A stretch of 64,000 nt of DNA from the human T2T-CHM13v2.0 reference genome, Homo sapiens. Below the pieces are notes generated by a model that saw only the letters and a program-made list of their open reading frames with translations, made no database searches and was not told the origin of the DNA. Both the position numbers and the translations under genes were made by a program. The stretch lies in assembly GCF_009914755.1 (NCBI RefSeq), contig NC_060948.1, one strand, 5' to 3'. This document shows positions 1 to 12,795 of this stretch, one piece after another (positions within the stretch are counted from its first letter, which is position 1; every line of letters starts with the position of its first letter).

Positions 1-370
1 AAAGTGGAATGCTACGGTCTCGAATGGAATAAAAATGTATGGAATGGAATGCAATGAAACGGAATCGAATGTCATAGAATGTAATGGAATGCAACAAAAT
101 GGAATCCAAAATCATTGACTGGAAAGGCTGGGTGTCGAAAGGAATTGACTCCAATGGAATGGAATAGAATGGAATGGAAGTGAATAGAATCGAACTAAAT
201 CGAATGGAATGGAATTGATAGGAACGGAATGGAAAGGAATGCAATGATTTGGCATGGAATGGAATCGAATGGCATCGAATGGAATGGAATGGAATGGAAT
301 GCAATGGAATGGAATGTATTAGAATGTAATGAACTTTAATGGAATGTACTCGAATGGATTCGACTGGAAT

Positions 371-385
371 GGAATGTTCTGGAAG
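371..385. promoter_or_regulatory. Perfect heat-shock element motif HSE-1 (gGAAt-gTTCt-gGAAg); present in every unit except U4
   Basis: Matches nGAAn-nTTCn-nGAAn; copies at e.g. 3930, 7489, 13171, 63894. Motif match only; binding not shown. Confidence 0.55.
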
Positions 386-650
386 TGAATGGACTCCAAT
401 GGAATGGATTCAAAAGGAATGGAATTGTACGGAATGGAATCTAATGGAATGGAATTAAATGGAAATGAATCAAATTGAATAGCACGGAATTGAATTGAAT
501 GGAATGGAATGCAATGGAATCTAATGAAACGGAAAGGAAAGGAATGGAATGGAATGGAATGGGCTGGAATGGAAAGGAATCGAAACGAATGGAATGGAAT
601 CGAACTGAAGAGACTGGAATGGAATGCACTGGAATGGAAGGGAGTGTAAT

Positions 651-665
651 GGAAGGTTCTCGAAA
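651..665. promoter_or_regulatory. Perfect heat-shock element motif HSE-2 (gGAAg-gTTCt-cGAAa); polymorphic between units
   Basis: Intact in U1-3, U10-13, U17, U19; TTC>TTG (ggttgtcg) in U5-9, U14-16, U18; deleted in U4. Confidence 0.5.
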
Positions 666-3554
666 AAAATGGAATCGAATGGAATGGAATTGAATGGAAC
701 GGAATAGAGTCGAATGGAATTGAATGGAATGGAATGGACTAGAGTGAAATGGAATCGAACCACAAGGAATGGACAGGAATAGAATGGTCTCGAATTGAAT
801 GGAATCGTATGGAATGGCATCAAACGGAATGGAATGGACAGCCACGGAATGGAATGCACTCGAATGCAATGGAGTCGAAACTAATGGACTGGAATAGAAT
901 GGACTCGACTGGTACGGACTCCAATGGAATGGAATCGAATGGAAGGGAATCGAACGGAATGGACTCGAAGGGAAAAGACTGCAATGGAAAGGTCTCGAAT
1001 GGAATGGAAATTAATGGAATGGAATGGAATCGAATGAAATGGAGTCAAAAGGAATGGAATCGAATGGCAAGAAATCGAATGTAATGGAATCGCAAGGAAT
1101 TGATGTGAACGGAACGGAATGGAATGGAATCCAAAGGAATGGAATAGAATGGAATGGAATCGAATGGAAAGGACTCGAATGGAAATCACTCGAATAGAAT
1201 GCAATTTAATAAAATAGGATCAAATGTAATGGAATGGAATGGAAAGGAATCGAAACGAAAGGAATGGAGACAGTTGGAATGGAATAGAACAGCGAGCAAT
1301 GGTATAGAATGGAATGGAATCATCTGGAATGGAATTGAATGGAATGGAATAATATGAAATGGAATGGAATGGAATGGAATGGAATGCCCTTGAATTAAAT
1401 GGACTGGAATGGAATGGACTCGAACAGAGTGGAATGGAAAGTGTTGAGATAGAATGGAATGGACTCCTTTGGAATGGTGTAGTATGCAATGCAATCGACT
1501 GGCAGGGAATCAAATGGAATGTAATCGAATGGATTGGACTGGAATGCAATGGACTCGAATAGATTGCAAACGGAATGCAAAGGAATGGAATGGAATAGTA
1601 TGGAATGGAATGGAAAGGAATGGAGTGGAATAGACTAGAGTGGAATGGAATGGACTGGAAAGCAATGGACTGGAATGGATCTTTCTTGAATGGACTGGAA
1701 TCAAACGGAATGGAATGCAATGCAATCAAATGGCATGGAATAAAATAGAATGAAAGAGAATCAAATGGAATTGAATCGAATGGAATCGAATGGATTGGAA
1801 AGGAATAGAATGGAATGGAATGGAATTGACTCAAATGGAATGGACTAGAATGGAATGGATTCGAATGGAAGGCAAAGGAATGGAATCTATTGGAATGGAC
1901 TGTAATGGAATGGAATGGAAGGGATTGGAATGGACTCGAATGGAATGGACTGCAATAGAAAGGATTCGAATGGAATGAAAAAGAATTGAATGGAATAGAA
2001 CAGAATGGAATCAAATCGAATGAAATGGAATGGAATAGAAAGGAATGGAATGAAATGGAATGGAAAGGATTCGAATGGAATGCAATCGAATGGAATGGAA
2101 TCGAACGGAATGGAATAAAATGGAAGAAAACTGGCAAGAAATGGAATCGAAATGAATGGAGTGTTATGGAACGGACTCAAAAGGAATTGAATGTAATAGA
2201 ATGGAGTGGAGTGGACTCGAATATAATGGACTGGAATGGAATGAAATCACATGGAATGGGAACGAATGGAATGGAATGGAAAGGAATGGAATCGAATGGA
2301 AAGGAATCGAATGGAAGGGAATGAAATTGAATCAACAGGAATGGAAGGGAATAGAATAGACGGTAATGGAATGGACTCGAATAGAATGGACACGAATGCT
2401 CAAATTGAATGGACTCGAATGGAATGGAAACGAAAGGAATGTCATCGAATGGAATTGAATCGATTGGAATGAAATCGCATAGAATGGAGTGGAATCAAAT
2501 GGAATTGAATCGAAAGGAAAGGAAGCGAATGGACTGAAATGAAATGGAATGGAATTGAATGGAAAGTAATGCAATGGAATAGAATGGAACGAAATTTCAC
2601 GGAATGGAATCAAACTGAATGGAATCAAATCAATGGAATCAAATCAAATGGAATGGAAAGGAATTGAATGGAGTAGATTGGATTGGATGGGATTGGAATG
2701 AAATGTACTGGAAAGGACTCGAATTTCATGAAACGGAATGGAATGAATTGGAACGGAATGGACTCGAATGGAATGGAATGTCATGGAATGGCATCAAATG
2801 GAATGGCATCAAATGGAATGGAATCGAATGCAATGGAATGCTATGGAATGGAATGGAATGCATTGGAATGGAATGTCCTCTAATGGAATGGATTCGAGTG
2901 GAATGGAATCGAATATAATGGAGTCGAATGAAATGGAATTGAAAGGAATGGGATCGAATGCAATGGAATATACTGGAATGTAATGTAATGAACTCGAATG
3001 TAATTGACTGGAATGGAATGTACGTGAATGGAATATAATCGAATGGAAAGTAATCCAATGGAATAGAATCTAATGCAATAAAATCGACTCAGATAGAGTA
3101 GAATGTAATGGAAAGGAGTGCAGTGCAATGGAATGGAATGGAATGGAATGCAATTGAATGGAATGGAATGGAATGGAATGGAATGTAATGGGATGGAATG
3201 GTATGGAATGGATAGTAATGGACTGGAGTGAAATGGACTGGAAAGGAATATACTCAAATTGAAAGGGCTCGAAAGGAATGGAGTCAAATGGAATGGTCTG
3301 GAATGGAATGAACACGAATGTAATGCAATCCAATAGAATGGAATCGAATGGCATGGAATATAAAGAAATGGAATCGGAGAGAATGGAAACAAATGGAATG
3401 GAAATGAATGGAATGGAATTGAATGGAATGGGAACGAATGGAGTGAAATTGTATGCAGTAGAAGGGAATAGAATGGAATGCAAGCGAAAGGAAAGGAATG
3501 GATTGGAATGGAATGGAATTCATTGGAATGGAAGGGAATGTAGTGTAATGGACA

Positions 3555-6500
3555 GGCCTGGAATAAAGTGGAATGCTACGGTCTCGAATGGAATAAAAAT
3601 GTATGGAATGGAATGCAATGAAATGGAATCGAATGTCATAGAATGTAATGGAATGCAACAAAATGGAATCCAATATCATTGACTGGAAAGGCTGGGTGTC
3701 GAAAGGAATTGACTCCAATGGAATGGAATCGAATGGAATGGAAGTGAATAGAATCGAACTAAATCGAATGGAATGGAATTGATAGGAACGGAATGGAAAG
3801 GAATGCAATGATTTGGCATGGAATGGAATCGAATGGCATCGAATGGAATGGAATGGAATGCAATGGAATGGAATGTATTAGAATGTAATGAACTTTAATG
3901 GAATGTACTCGAATGGATTCGACTGGAATGGAATGTTCTGGAAGTGAATGGACTCCAATGGAATGGATTCAAAAGGAATGGAATCGTACGGAATGGAATC
4001 TAATGGAATGGAATTAAATGGAAATGAATCAAATTGAATAGCACGGAATTGAATTGAATGGAATGGAATGCAATGGAATCTAATGAAACGGAAAGGAAAG
4101 GAATGGAATGGAATGGAATGGGCTGGAATGGAAAGGAATCGAAACGAATGGAATGGAATCGAACTGAAGAGACTGGAATGGAATGCACTGGAATGGAAGG
4201 GAGTGTAATGGAAGGTTCTCGAAAAAAATGGAATCGAATGGAATGGAATTGAATGGAACGGAATAGAGTCGAATGGAATTGAATGGAATGGAATGGACTA
4301 GAGTGAAATGGAATCGAACCACAAGGAATGGAGATGAATAGAATGGTCTCGAATTGAATGGAATCGTATGGAATGGCATCAAACGGAATGGAATGGACAG
4401 CCACGGAATGGAATGCACTCGAATGCAATGGAGTCGAAACTAATGGACTGGAATAGAATGGACTCGACTGGTACGGACTCCAATGGAATGGAATCGAATG
4501 GAAGGGAATCGAACGGAATGGACTCGAAGGGAAAAGACTGCAATGGAAAGGTCTCGAATGGAATGGAAATTAATGGAATGGAATGGAATCGAATGAAATG
4601 GAGTCAAAAGGAATGGAATCGAATGGCAAGAAATCGAATGTAATGGAATCGCAAGGAATTGATGTGAACGGAACGGAATGGAATGGAATCCAAAGGAATG
4701 GAATAGAATGGAATGGAATCGAATGGAAAGGACTCGAATGGAAATCACTCGAATAGAATGCAATTTAATAAAATAGGATCAAATGTAATGGAATGGAATG
4801 GAAAGGAATCGAAACGAAAGGAATGGAGACAGATGGAATGGAATGGAACAGAGAGCAATGGTATAGAATGGAATGGAATCATCTGGAATGGAATTGAATG
4901 GAATGGAATAATATGAAATGGAATGGAATGGAATGGAATGGAATGGAATGCCCTTGAATTAAATGGACTGGAATGGAATGGACTCGAACAGAGTGGAATG
5001 GAAAGTGTTGAGATAGAATGGAATGGACTCCTTTGGAATGGTCTAGTATGCAATGCAATCGACTGTCAGGGAATCAAAAGGAATGTAATCGAATGGATTG
5101 GACTGGAATGCAATGGACTCGAATAGATTGGAAACGGAATGCAAAGGAATGGAATGGAATAGTATGGAATGGAATGGAAAGGAATGGAGTGGAATAGACT
5201 AGAGTGGAATGGAATGGACTGGAAAGCAATGGACTGGAATGGAACTTTCTTGAATGGACTGGAATCAAACGGAATGGAATGCAATGCAATCAAATGGCAT
5301 GGAATAAAATAGAATGAAAGAGAATCAAATGGAATTGAATCGAATGGAATCGAATGGATTGTAAAGGAATAGAATGGAATGGAATGGAATTGACTCAAAT
5401 GGAATGGACTAGAATGGAATGGATTCGAATGGAAGGCAAAGGAATGGAATCTATTGGAATGGACTGTAATGGAATGGAATGGAAGGGATTGGAATGGACT
5501 CGAATGGAATGGACTGCAATAGAAAGGATTCGAATGGAATGAAAAAGAATTGAATGGAATAGAACAGAATGGAATCAAATCGAATGAAATGGAATGGAAT
5601 AGAAAGGAATGGAATGAAATGGAATGGAAAGGATTCGAATGGAATGCAATCGAATGGAATGGAATCGAACGGAATGGAATAAAATGGAAGAAAACTGGCA
5701 AGAAATGGAATCGAAATGAATGGAGTGTTATGGAACGGACTCAAAAGGAATTGAATGTAATAGAATGGAGTGGAGTGGACTCGAATATAATGGACTGGAA
5801 TGGAATGAAATCACATGGAATGGGAACGAATGGAATGGAATGGAAAGGAATGGAATCGAATGGAAAGGAATCGAATGGAAGGGAATGAAATTGAATCAAC
5901 AGGAATGGAAGGGAATAGAATAGACGGTAATGGAATGGACTCGAATAGAATGGACACGAATGCTCAAATTGAATGGATTCGAATGGAATGGAAACGAAAG
6001 GAATGTCATCGAATGGAATTGAATCGATTGGAATGAAATCGCATAGAATGGAGTGGAATCAAATGGAATTGAATCGAAAGGAAAGGAAGCGAATGGACTG
6101 AAATGAAATGGAATGGAATTGAATGGAAAGTAATGCAATGGAATAGAATGGAACGAAATTTCACGGAATGGAATCAAACTGAATGGAATCAAATCAATGG
6201 AATCTAATCAAATGGAATGGAAAGGAATTGAATGGAGTAGATTGGATTGGATGGGATTGGAATGAAATGTACTGGAAAGGACTCGAATTTCATGAAACGG
6301 AATGGAATGAATTGGAACGGAATGGACTCGAATGGAATGGAATGTCATGGAATGGCATCGAATGGAATGGCATCAAATGGAATGGAATCGAATGCAATGG
6401 AATGTTATGGAATGGAATGGAATGCATTGGAATGGAATGTCCTCTAATGGAATGGATTCGAGTGGAATGGAATCGAATATAATGGAGTCGAATGAAATGG

Positions 6501-7113
6501 AATTGAAAGGAATGGGATCGAATAGAATGGAATATACTGGAATGTAATGTAATGAACACGAATGTAATTGACTGGAATGGAATGTACATGAATGGAAGGT
6601 AATCGAATGGAAAGTAATCCAATGGAATAGAATCTAATGCAATAAAACCGAATCAGATAGAGTAGAATGTAATGGAATGGAGTGCAGTGCAATGGAATGG
6701 AATGGAATTGAATGCAATGGAATGGAATGGAATGGAATGGAATGGAATGGAATGGAATGGTATGGAATGGATAGTAATGGACTGGAGTGAAATGGACTGG
6801 AAAGGAATGGACTCAAATTGAAAGGGCTCGAAAGGAATGGAGTCAAATGGAATGGTCTGGAATGGAATGAACACGAATGTAATGCAATCCAATAGAATGG
6901 AATCGAATGGCATGGAATATAAAGAAATGGAATCGAAGAGAATGGAAACAAATGGAATGGAATTGAATGGAATGGAATTGAATGGAATGGGAACGAATGG
7001 AGTGAAATTGTATGAAGTAGAAGGGAATAGAATGGAATGCAAGCGAAAGGAAAGGAATGGATTGGAATGGAATGGAATTCATTGGAATGGAAGGGAATGT
7101 AGTGTAATGGACA
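3555..7113 (+). repeat. DYZ1 unit U2 (3,559 bp, group A)
   Basis: GGCC 3555 to GGCC 7114; lacks the 15-bp GGAAGGGAATCGAAC duplication; markers gattgtaaagg, aatctaatca, aaaaccgaatcag. Confidence 0.92.
5241..5255. promoter_or_regulatory. Perfect heat-shock element motif HSE-3 (gGAAc-tTTCt-tGAAt); polymorphic between units
   Basis: Intact in U2, U12 (39555), U14 (45760), U16, U18, U19 (61661); third pentamer is tGGAt in U3-U11, U13, U15, U17; first pentamer is gGATc in U1 (1677). Confidence 0.5.
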
Positions 7114-10100
7114 GGCCTGGAATAAAGTGGAATGCTACGGTCTCGAATGGAATAAAAATGTATGGAATGGAATGCAATGAAACGGAATCGAATGTCATAG
7201 AATGTAATGGAATGCAACACAATGGAATCCAAAATCATTGACTGGAAAGGCTGGGTGTCGAAAGGAATTGACTCCAATGGAATGGAATCGAATGGAATGG
7301 AAGTGAATAGAATCGAACTAAATCGAATGGAATGGAATTGATAGGAACGGAATGGAAAGGAATGCAATGATTTGGCATGGAATGGAATCGAATGGCATCG
7401 AATGGAATGGAATGGAATGCAATGGAATGGAATGTATTAGAATGTAATGAACTTTAATGGAATGTACTCGAATGGATTCGACTGGAATGGAATGTTCTGG
7501 AAGTGAATGGACTCCAATGGAATGGATTCAAAAGGAATGGAATCGTACGGAATGGAATCTAATGGAATGGAATTAAATGGAAATGAATCAAATTGAATAG
7601 CACGGAATTGAATTGAATGGAATGGAATGCAATGGAATCTAATGAAACGGAAAGGAAAGGAATGGAATGGAATGGAATGGGCTGGAATGGAAAGGAATCG
7701 AAACGAATGGAATGGAATCGAACTGAAGAGACTGGAATGGAATGCACTGGAATGGAAGGGAGTGTAATGGAAGGTTCTCGAAAATAATGGAATCGAATGG
7801 AATGGAATTGAATGGAACGGAATAGAGTCGAATGGAATTGAATGGAATGGAATGGACTAGAGTGAAATGGAATCGAACCACAAGGAATGGACAGGAATAG
7901 AATGGTCTCGAATTGAATGGAACCGTATGGAATGGCATCAAACGGAATGGAATGGACAGCCACGGAATGGAATGCACTCGAATGCAATGGAGTCGAAACT
8001 AATGGACTGGAATAGAATGGACTCGACTGGTACGGACTCCAATGGAATGGAATCGAATGGAAGGGAATCGAACGGAATGGACTCGAAGGGAAAAGACTGC
8101 AATGGAAAGGTCTCGAATGGAATGGAAATTAATGGAATGGAATGGAATCGAATGAAATGGAGTCAAAAGGAATGGAATCGAATGGCAAGAAATCGAATGT
8201 AATGGAATCGCAAGGAATTGATGTGAACGGAACGGAATGGAATGGAATCCAAAGGAATGGAATAGAATGGAATGGAATCGAATGGAAAGGACTCGAATGG
8301 AAATCACTCGAATAGAATGCAATTTAATAAAATAGGATCAAATGTAATGGAATGGAATGGAAAGGAATCGAAACGAAAGGAATGGAGACAGATGGAATGG
8401 AATGGAACAGAGAGCAATGGTATAGAATGGAATGGAATCATCTGGAATGGAATTGAATGGAATGGAATAATATGAAATGGAATGGAATGGAATGGAATGG
8501 AATGCCCTTGAATTAAATGGACTGGAATGGAATGGACTCGAACAGAGTGGAATGGAAAGTGTTGAGATAGAATGGAATGGACTCCTTTGGAATGGTCTAG
8601 TATGCAATGCAATCGACTGTCAGGGAATCAAAAGGAATGAAATCGAATGGATTGGACTGGAATGCAATGGACTCGAATAGATTGGAAACGGAATGCAAAG
8701 GAATGGAATGGAATAGTATGGAATGGAATGGAAAGGAATGGAGTGGAATAGACTAGAGTGGAATGGAATGGACTGGAAAGCAATGGACTGGAATGGAACT
8801 TTCTTGGATGGACTGGAATCAAACGGAATGGAATGCAATGCAATCAAATGGCATGGAATAAAATAGAATGAAAGAGAATCAAATGGAATTGAATCGAATG
8901 GAATCGAATGGATTGTAAAGGAATAGAATGGAATGGAATGGAATTGACTCAAATGGAATGGACTAGAATGGAATGGATTCGAATGGAAGGCAAAGGAATG
9001 GAATCTATTGGAATGGACTGTAATGGAATGGAATGGAAGGGATTGGAATGGACTCGAATGGAATGGACTGCAATAGAAAGGATTCGAATGGAATGAAAAA
9101 GAATTGAATGGAATAGAACAGAATGGAATCAAATCGAATGAAATGGAATGGAATAGAAAGGAATGGAATGAAATGGAATGGAAAGGATTCGAGTGGAATG
9201 CAATCGAATGGAATGGAATCGAACGGAATGGAATAAAATGGAAGAAAACTGGCAAGAAATGGAATCGAAATGAATGGAGTGTTATGGAACGGACTCAAAA
9301 GGAATTGAATGTAATAGAATGGAGTGGAGTGGACTCGAATATAATGGACTGGAATGGAATGAAATCACATGGAATGGGAACGAATGGAATGGAATGGAAA
9401 GGAATGGAATCGAATGGAAAGGAATCGAATGGAAGGGAATGAAATTGAATCAACAGGAATGGAAGGGAATAGAATAGACGGTAATGGAATGGACTCGAAT
9501 AGAATGGACACGAATGCTCAAATTGAATGGATTCGAATGGAATGGAAACGAAAGGAATGTCATCGAATGGAATTGAATCGATTGGAATGAAATCGCATAG
9601 AATGGAGTGGAATCAAATGGAATTGAATCGAAAGGAAAGGAAGCGAATGGACTGAAATGAAATGGAATGGAATTGAATGGAAAGTAATGCAATGGAATAG
9701 AATGGAACGAAATTTCACGGAATGGAATCAAACTGAATGGAATCAAATCAATGGAATCTAATCAAATGGAATGGAAAGGAATTGAATGGAGTAGATTGGA
9801 TTGGATGGGATTGGAATGAAATGTACTGGAAAGGACTCGAATTTCATGAAACGGAATGGAATGAATTGGAACGGAATGGACTCGAATGGAATGGAATGTC
9901 ATGGAATGGCATCGAATGGAATGGCATCAAATGGAATGGAATCGAATGCAATGGAATGTTATGGAATGGAATGGAATGCATTGGAATGGAATGTCCTCTA
10001 ATGGAATGGATTCGAGTGGAATGGAATCGAATATAATGGAGTCGAATGAAATGGAATTGAAAGGAATGGGATCGAATAGAATGGAATATACTGGAATGTA

Positions 10101-10667
10101 ATGTAATGAACACGAATGTAATTGACTGGAATGGAATGTACATGAATGGAAGGTAATCGAATGGAAAGTAATCCAATGGAATAGAATCTAATGCAATAAA
10201 ACCGAATCAGATAGAGTAGAATGTAATGGAATGGAGTGCAGTGCAATGGAATGGAATGGAATTGAATGCAATGGAATGGAATGGAATGGAATGGAATGGA
10301 ATGGAATGGAATGGTATGGAATGGATAGTAATGGACTGGAGTGAAATGGACTGGAAAGGAATGGACTCAAATTGAAAGGGCTCGAAAGGAATGGAGTCAA
10401 ATGGAATGGTCTGGAATGGAATGAACACGAATGTAATGCAATCCAATAGAATGGAATCGAATGGCATGGAATATAAAGAAATGGAATCGAAGAGAATGGA
10501 AACAAATGGAATGGAATTGAATGGAATGGAATTGAATGGAATGGGAACGAATGGAGTGAAATTGTATGCAGTAGAAGGGAATAGAATGGAATGCAAGCGA
10601 AAGGAAAGGAATGGATTGGAATGGAATGGAATTCATTGGAATGGAAGGGAATGTAGTGTAATGGACA
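7114..10667 (+). repeat. DYZ1 unit U3 (3,554 bp, group A)
   Basis: GGCC 7114 to GGCC 10668; shares U2 markers. Confidence 0.92.
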
Positions 10668-12795
10668 GGCCTGGAATAAAGTGGAATGCTACGGTCTCGA
10701 ATGGAATAAAAATGTATGGAATGGAATGCAATGAAACGGAATCGAATGTCATAGAATGTAATGGAATGCAACAAAATGGAATCCAAAATCATTGACTGGA
10801 AAGGCTGGGTGTCGAAAGGAATTGACTCCAATGGAATGGAATCGAATGGAATGGAATGGAAAGGAATGGAGTGGAATAGACTAGAGTGGAATGGAATGGA
10901 CTGGAAAGCAATGGACTGGAATGGAACTTTCTTGGATGGACTGGAATCAAACGGAATGGAATACAATGCAATCAAATGGCATGGAATAAAATAGAATGAA
11001 AGAGAATCAAATGGAATTGAATCGAATGGAATCGAATGGATTGTAAAGGAATAGAATGGAATGGAATGGAATTGACTCAAATGGAATGGACTAGAATGGA
11101 ATGGATTCGAATGGAAGGCAAAGGAATGGAATCTATTGGAATGGACTGTAATGGAATGGAATGGAAGGGATTGGAATGGACTCGAATGGAATGGACTGCA
11201 ATAGAAAGGATTCGAATGGAATGAAAAAGAATTGAATGGAATAGAACAGAATGGAATCAAATCGAATGAAATGGAATGGAATAGAAAGGAATGGAATGAA
11301 ATGGAATGGAAAGGATTCGAATGGAATGCAATCGAATGGAATGGAATCGAACGGAATGGAATAAAATGGAAGAAAACTGGCAAGAAATGGAATCGAAATG
11401 AATGGAGTGTTATGGAACGGACTCAAAAGGAATTGAATGTAATAGAATGGAGTGGAGTGGACTCGAATATAATGGACTGGAATGGAATGAAATCACATGG
11501 AATGGGAACGAATGGAATGGAATGGAAAGGAATGGAATCGAATGGAAAGGAATCGAATGGAAGGGAATGAAATTGAATCAACAGGAATGGAAGGGAATAG
11601 AATAGACGGTAATGGAATGGACTCGAATAGAATGGACACGAATGCTCAAATTGAATGGATTCGAATGGAATGGAAACGAAAGGAATGTCATCGAATGGAA
11701 TTGAATCGATTGGAATGAAATCGCATAGAATGGAGTGGAATCAAATGGAATTGAATCGAAAGGAAAGGAAGCGAATGGACTGAAATGAAATGGAATGGAA
11801 TTGAATGGAAAGTAATGCAATGGAATAGAATGGAACGAAATTTCACGGAATGGAATCAAACTGAATGGAATCAAATCAATGGAATCTAATCAAATGGAAT
11901 GGAAAGGAATTGAATGGAGTAGATTGGATTGGATGGGATTGGAATGAAATGTACTGGAAAGGACTCGAATTTCATGAAACGGAATGGAATGAATTGGAAC
12001 GGAATGGACTCGAATGGAATGGAATGTCATGGAATGGCATCGAATGGAATGGCATCAAATGGAATGGAATCGAATGCAATGGAATGTTATGGAATGGAAT
12101 GGAATGCATTGGAATGGAATGTCCTCTAATGGAATGGATTCGAGTGGAATGGAATCGAATATAATGGAGTCGAATGAAATGGAATTGAAAGGAATGGGAT
12201 CGAATAGAATGGAATATACTGGAATGTAATGTAATGAACACGAATGTAATTGACTGGAATGGAATGTACATGAATGGAAGGTAATCGAATGGAAAGTAAT
12301 CCAATGGAATAGAATCTAATGCAATAAAACCGAATCAGATAGAGTAGAATGTAATGGAATGGAGTGCAGTGCAATGGAATGGAATGGAATTGAATGCAAT
12401 GGAATGGAATGGAATGGAATGGAATGGAATGGAATGGAATGGTATGGAATGGATAGTAATGGACTGGAGTGAAATGGACTGGAAAGGAATGGACTCAAAT
12501 TGAAAGGGCTCGAAAGGAATGGAGTCAAATGGAATGGTCTGGAATGGAATGAACACGAATGTAATGCAATCCAATAGAATGGAATCGAATGGCATGGAAT
12601 ATAAAGAAATGGAATCGAAGAGAATGGAAACAAATGGAATGGAATTGAATGGAATGGAATTGAATGGAATGGGAACGAATGGAGTGAAATTGTATGCAGT
12701 AGAAGGGAATAGAATGGAATGCAAGCGAAAGGAAAGGAATGGATTGGAATGGAATGGAATTCATTGGAATGGAAGGGAATGTAGTGTAATGGACA
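10668..12795 (+). repeat. Truncated DYZ1 unit U4 (2,128 bp; 1,426 bp shorter than U3)
   Basis: GGCC 10668 to GGCC 12796; junction at 10846-10856 joins ...ctccaatggaatggaatcgaatgg directly to ...ggaaaggaatggagtggaatagactag; ORF track offsets from U3 are exactly 2,128. Confidence 0.93.

Larger units (their letters stand above)
1..3554 (+). repeat. DYZ1 unit U1 (period 3,564 bp; first 10 bp lie outside the window)
   Basis: aaagtggaatgctacgg at 1 recurs at 3565; EcoRI GAATTC at 3516-3521; GGCC at 3555. Confidence 0.92.

Noticed and set aside
2589-2735. Additional HSE-like strings cgaaatttcacgg and cgaatttcatgaa
   Set aside because: One has a mismatched third pentamer and the other has wrong GAA-TTC spacing, so neither was counted as a perfect HSE.
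27-3567. About six AATAAA hexamers per unit on the + strand (near 27, 1208, 1739, 2114, 3078, 3562)
   Set aside because: They arise easily from GGAAT followed by an A-substituted pentamer on an A-rich strand, and there are no convincing U/GU-rich downstream elements. RNA 3'-end data would be needed.
6200-6210. GAATCTAATCA in U2-U4, one mismatch from the DUX4 motif TAATCTAATCA
   Set aside because: The mismatch falls in the TAAT core, and near-matches are expected by chance in AAT-periodic DNA.
10397-11383. Longest ORFs (328 aa here; 319 aa at 42628, 48787, 55001) look like novel fusion genes
   Set aside because: They are by-products of the deletion junctions joining two stop-free satellite frames.
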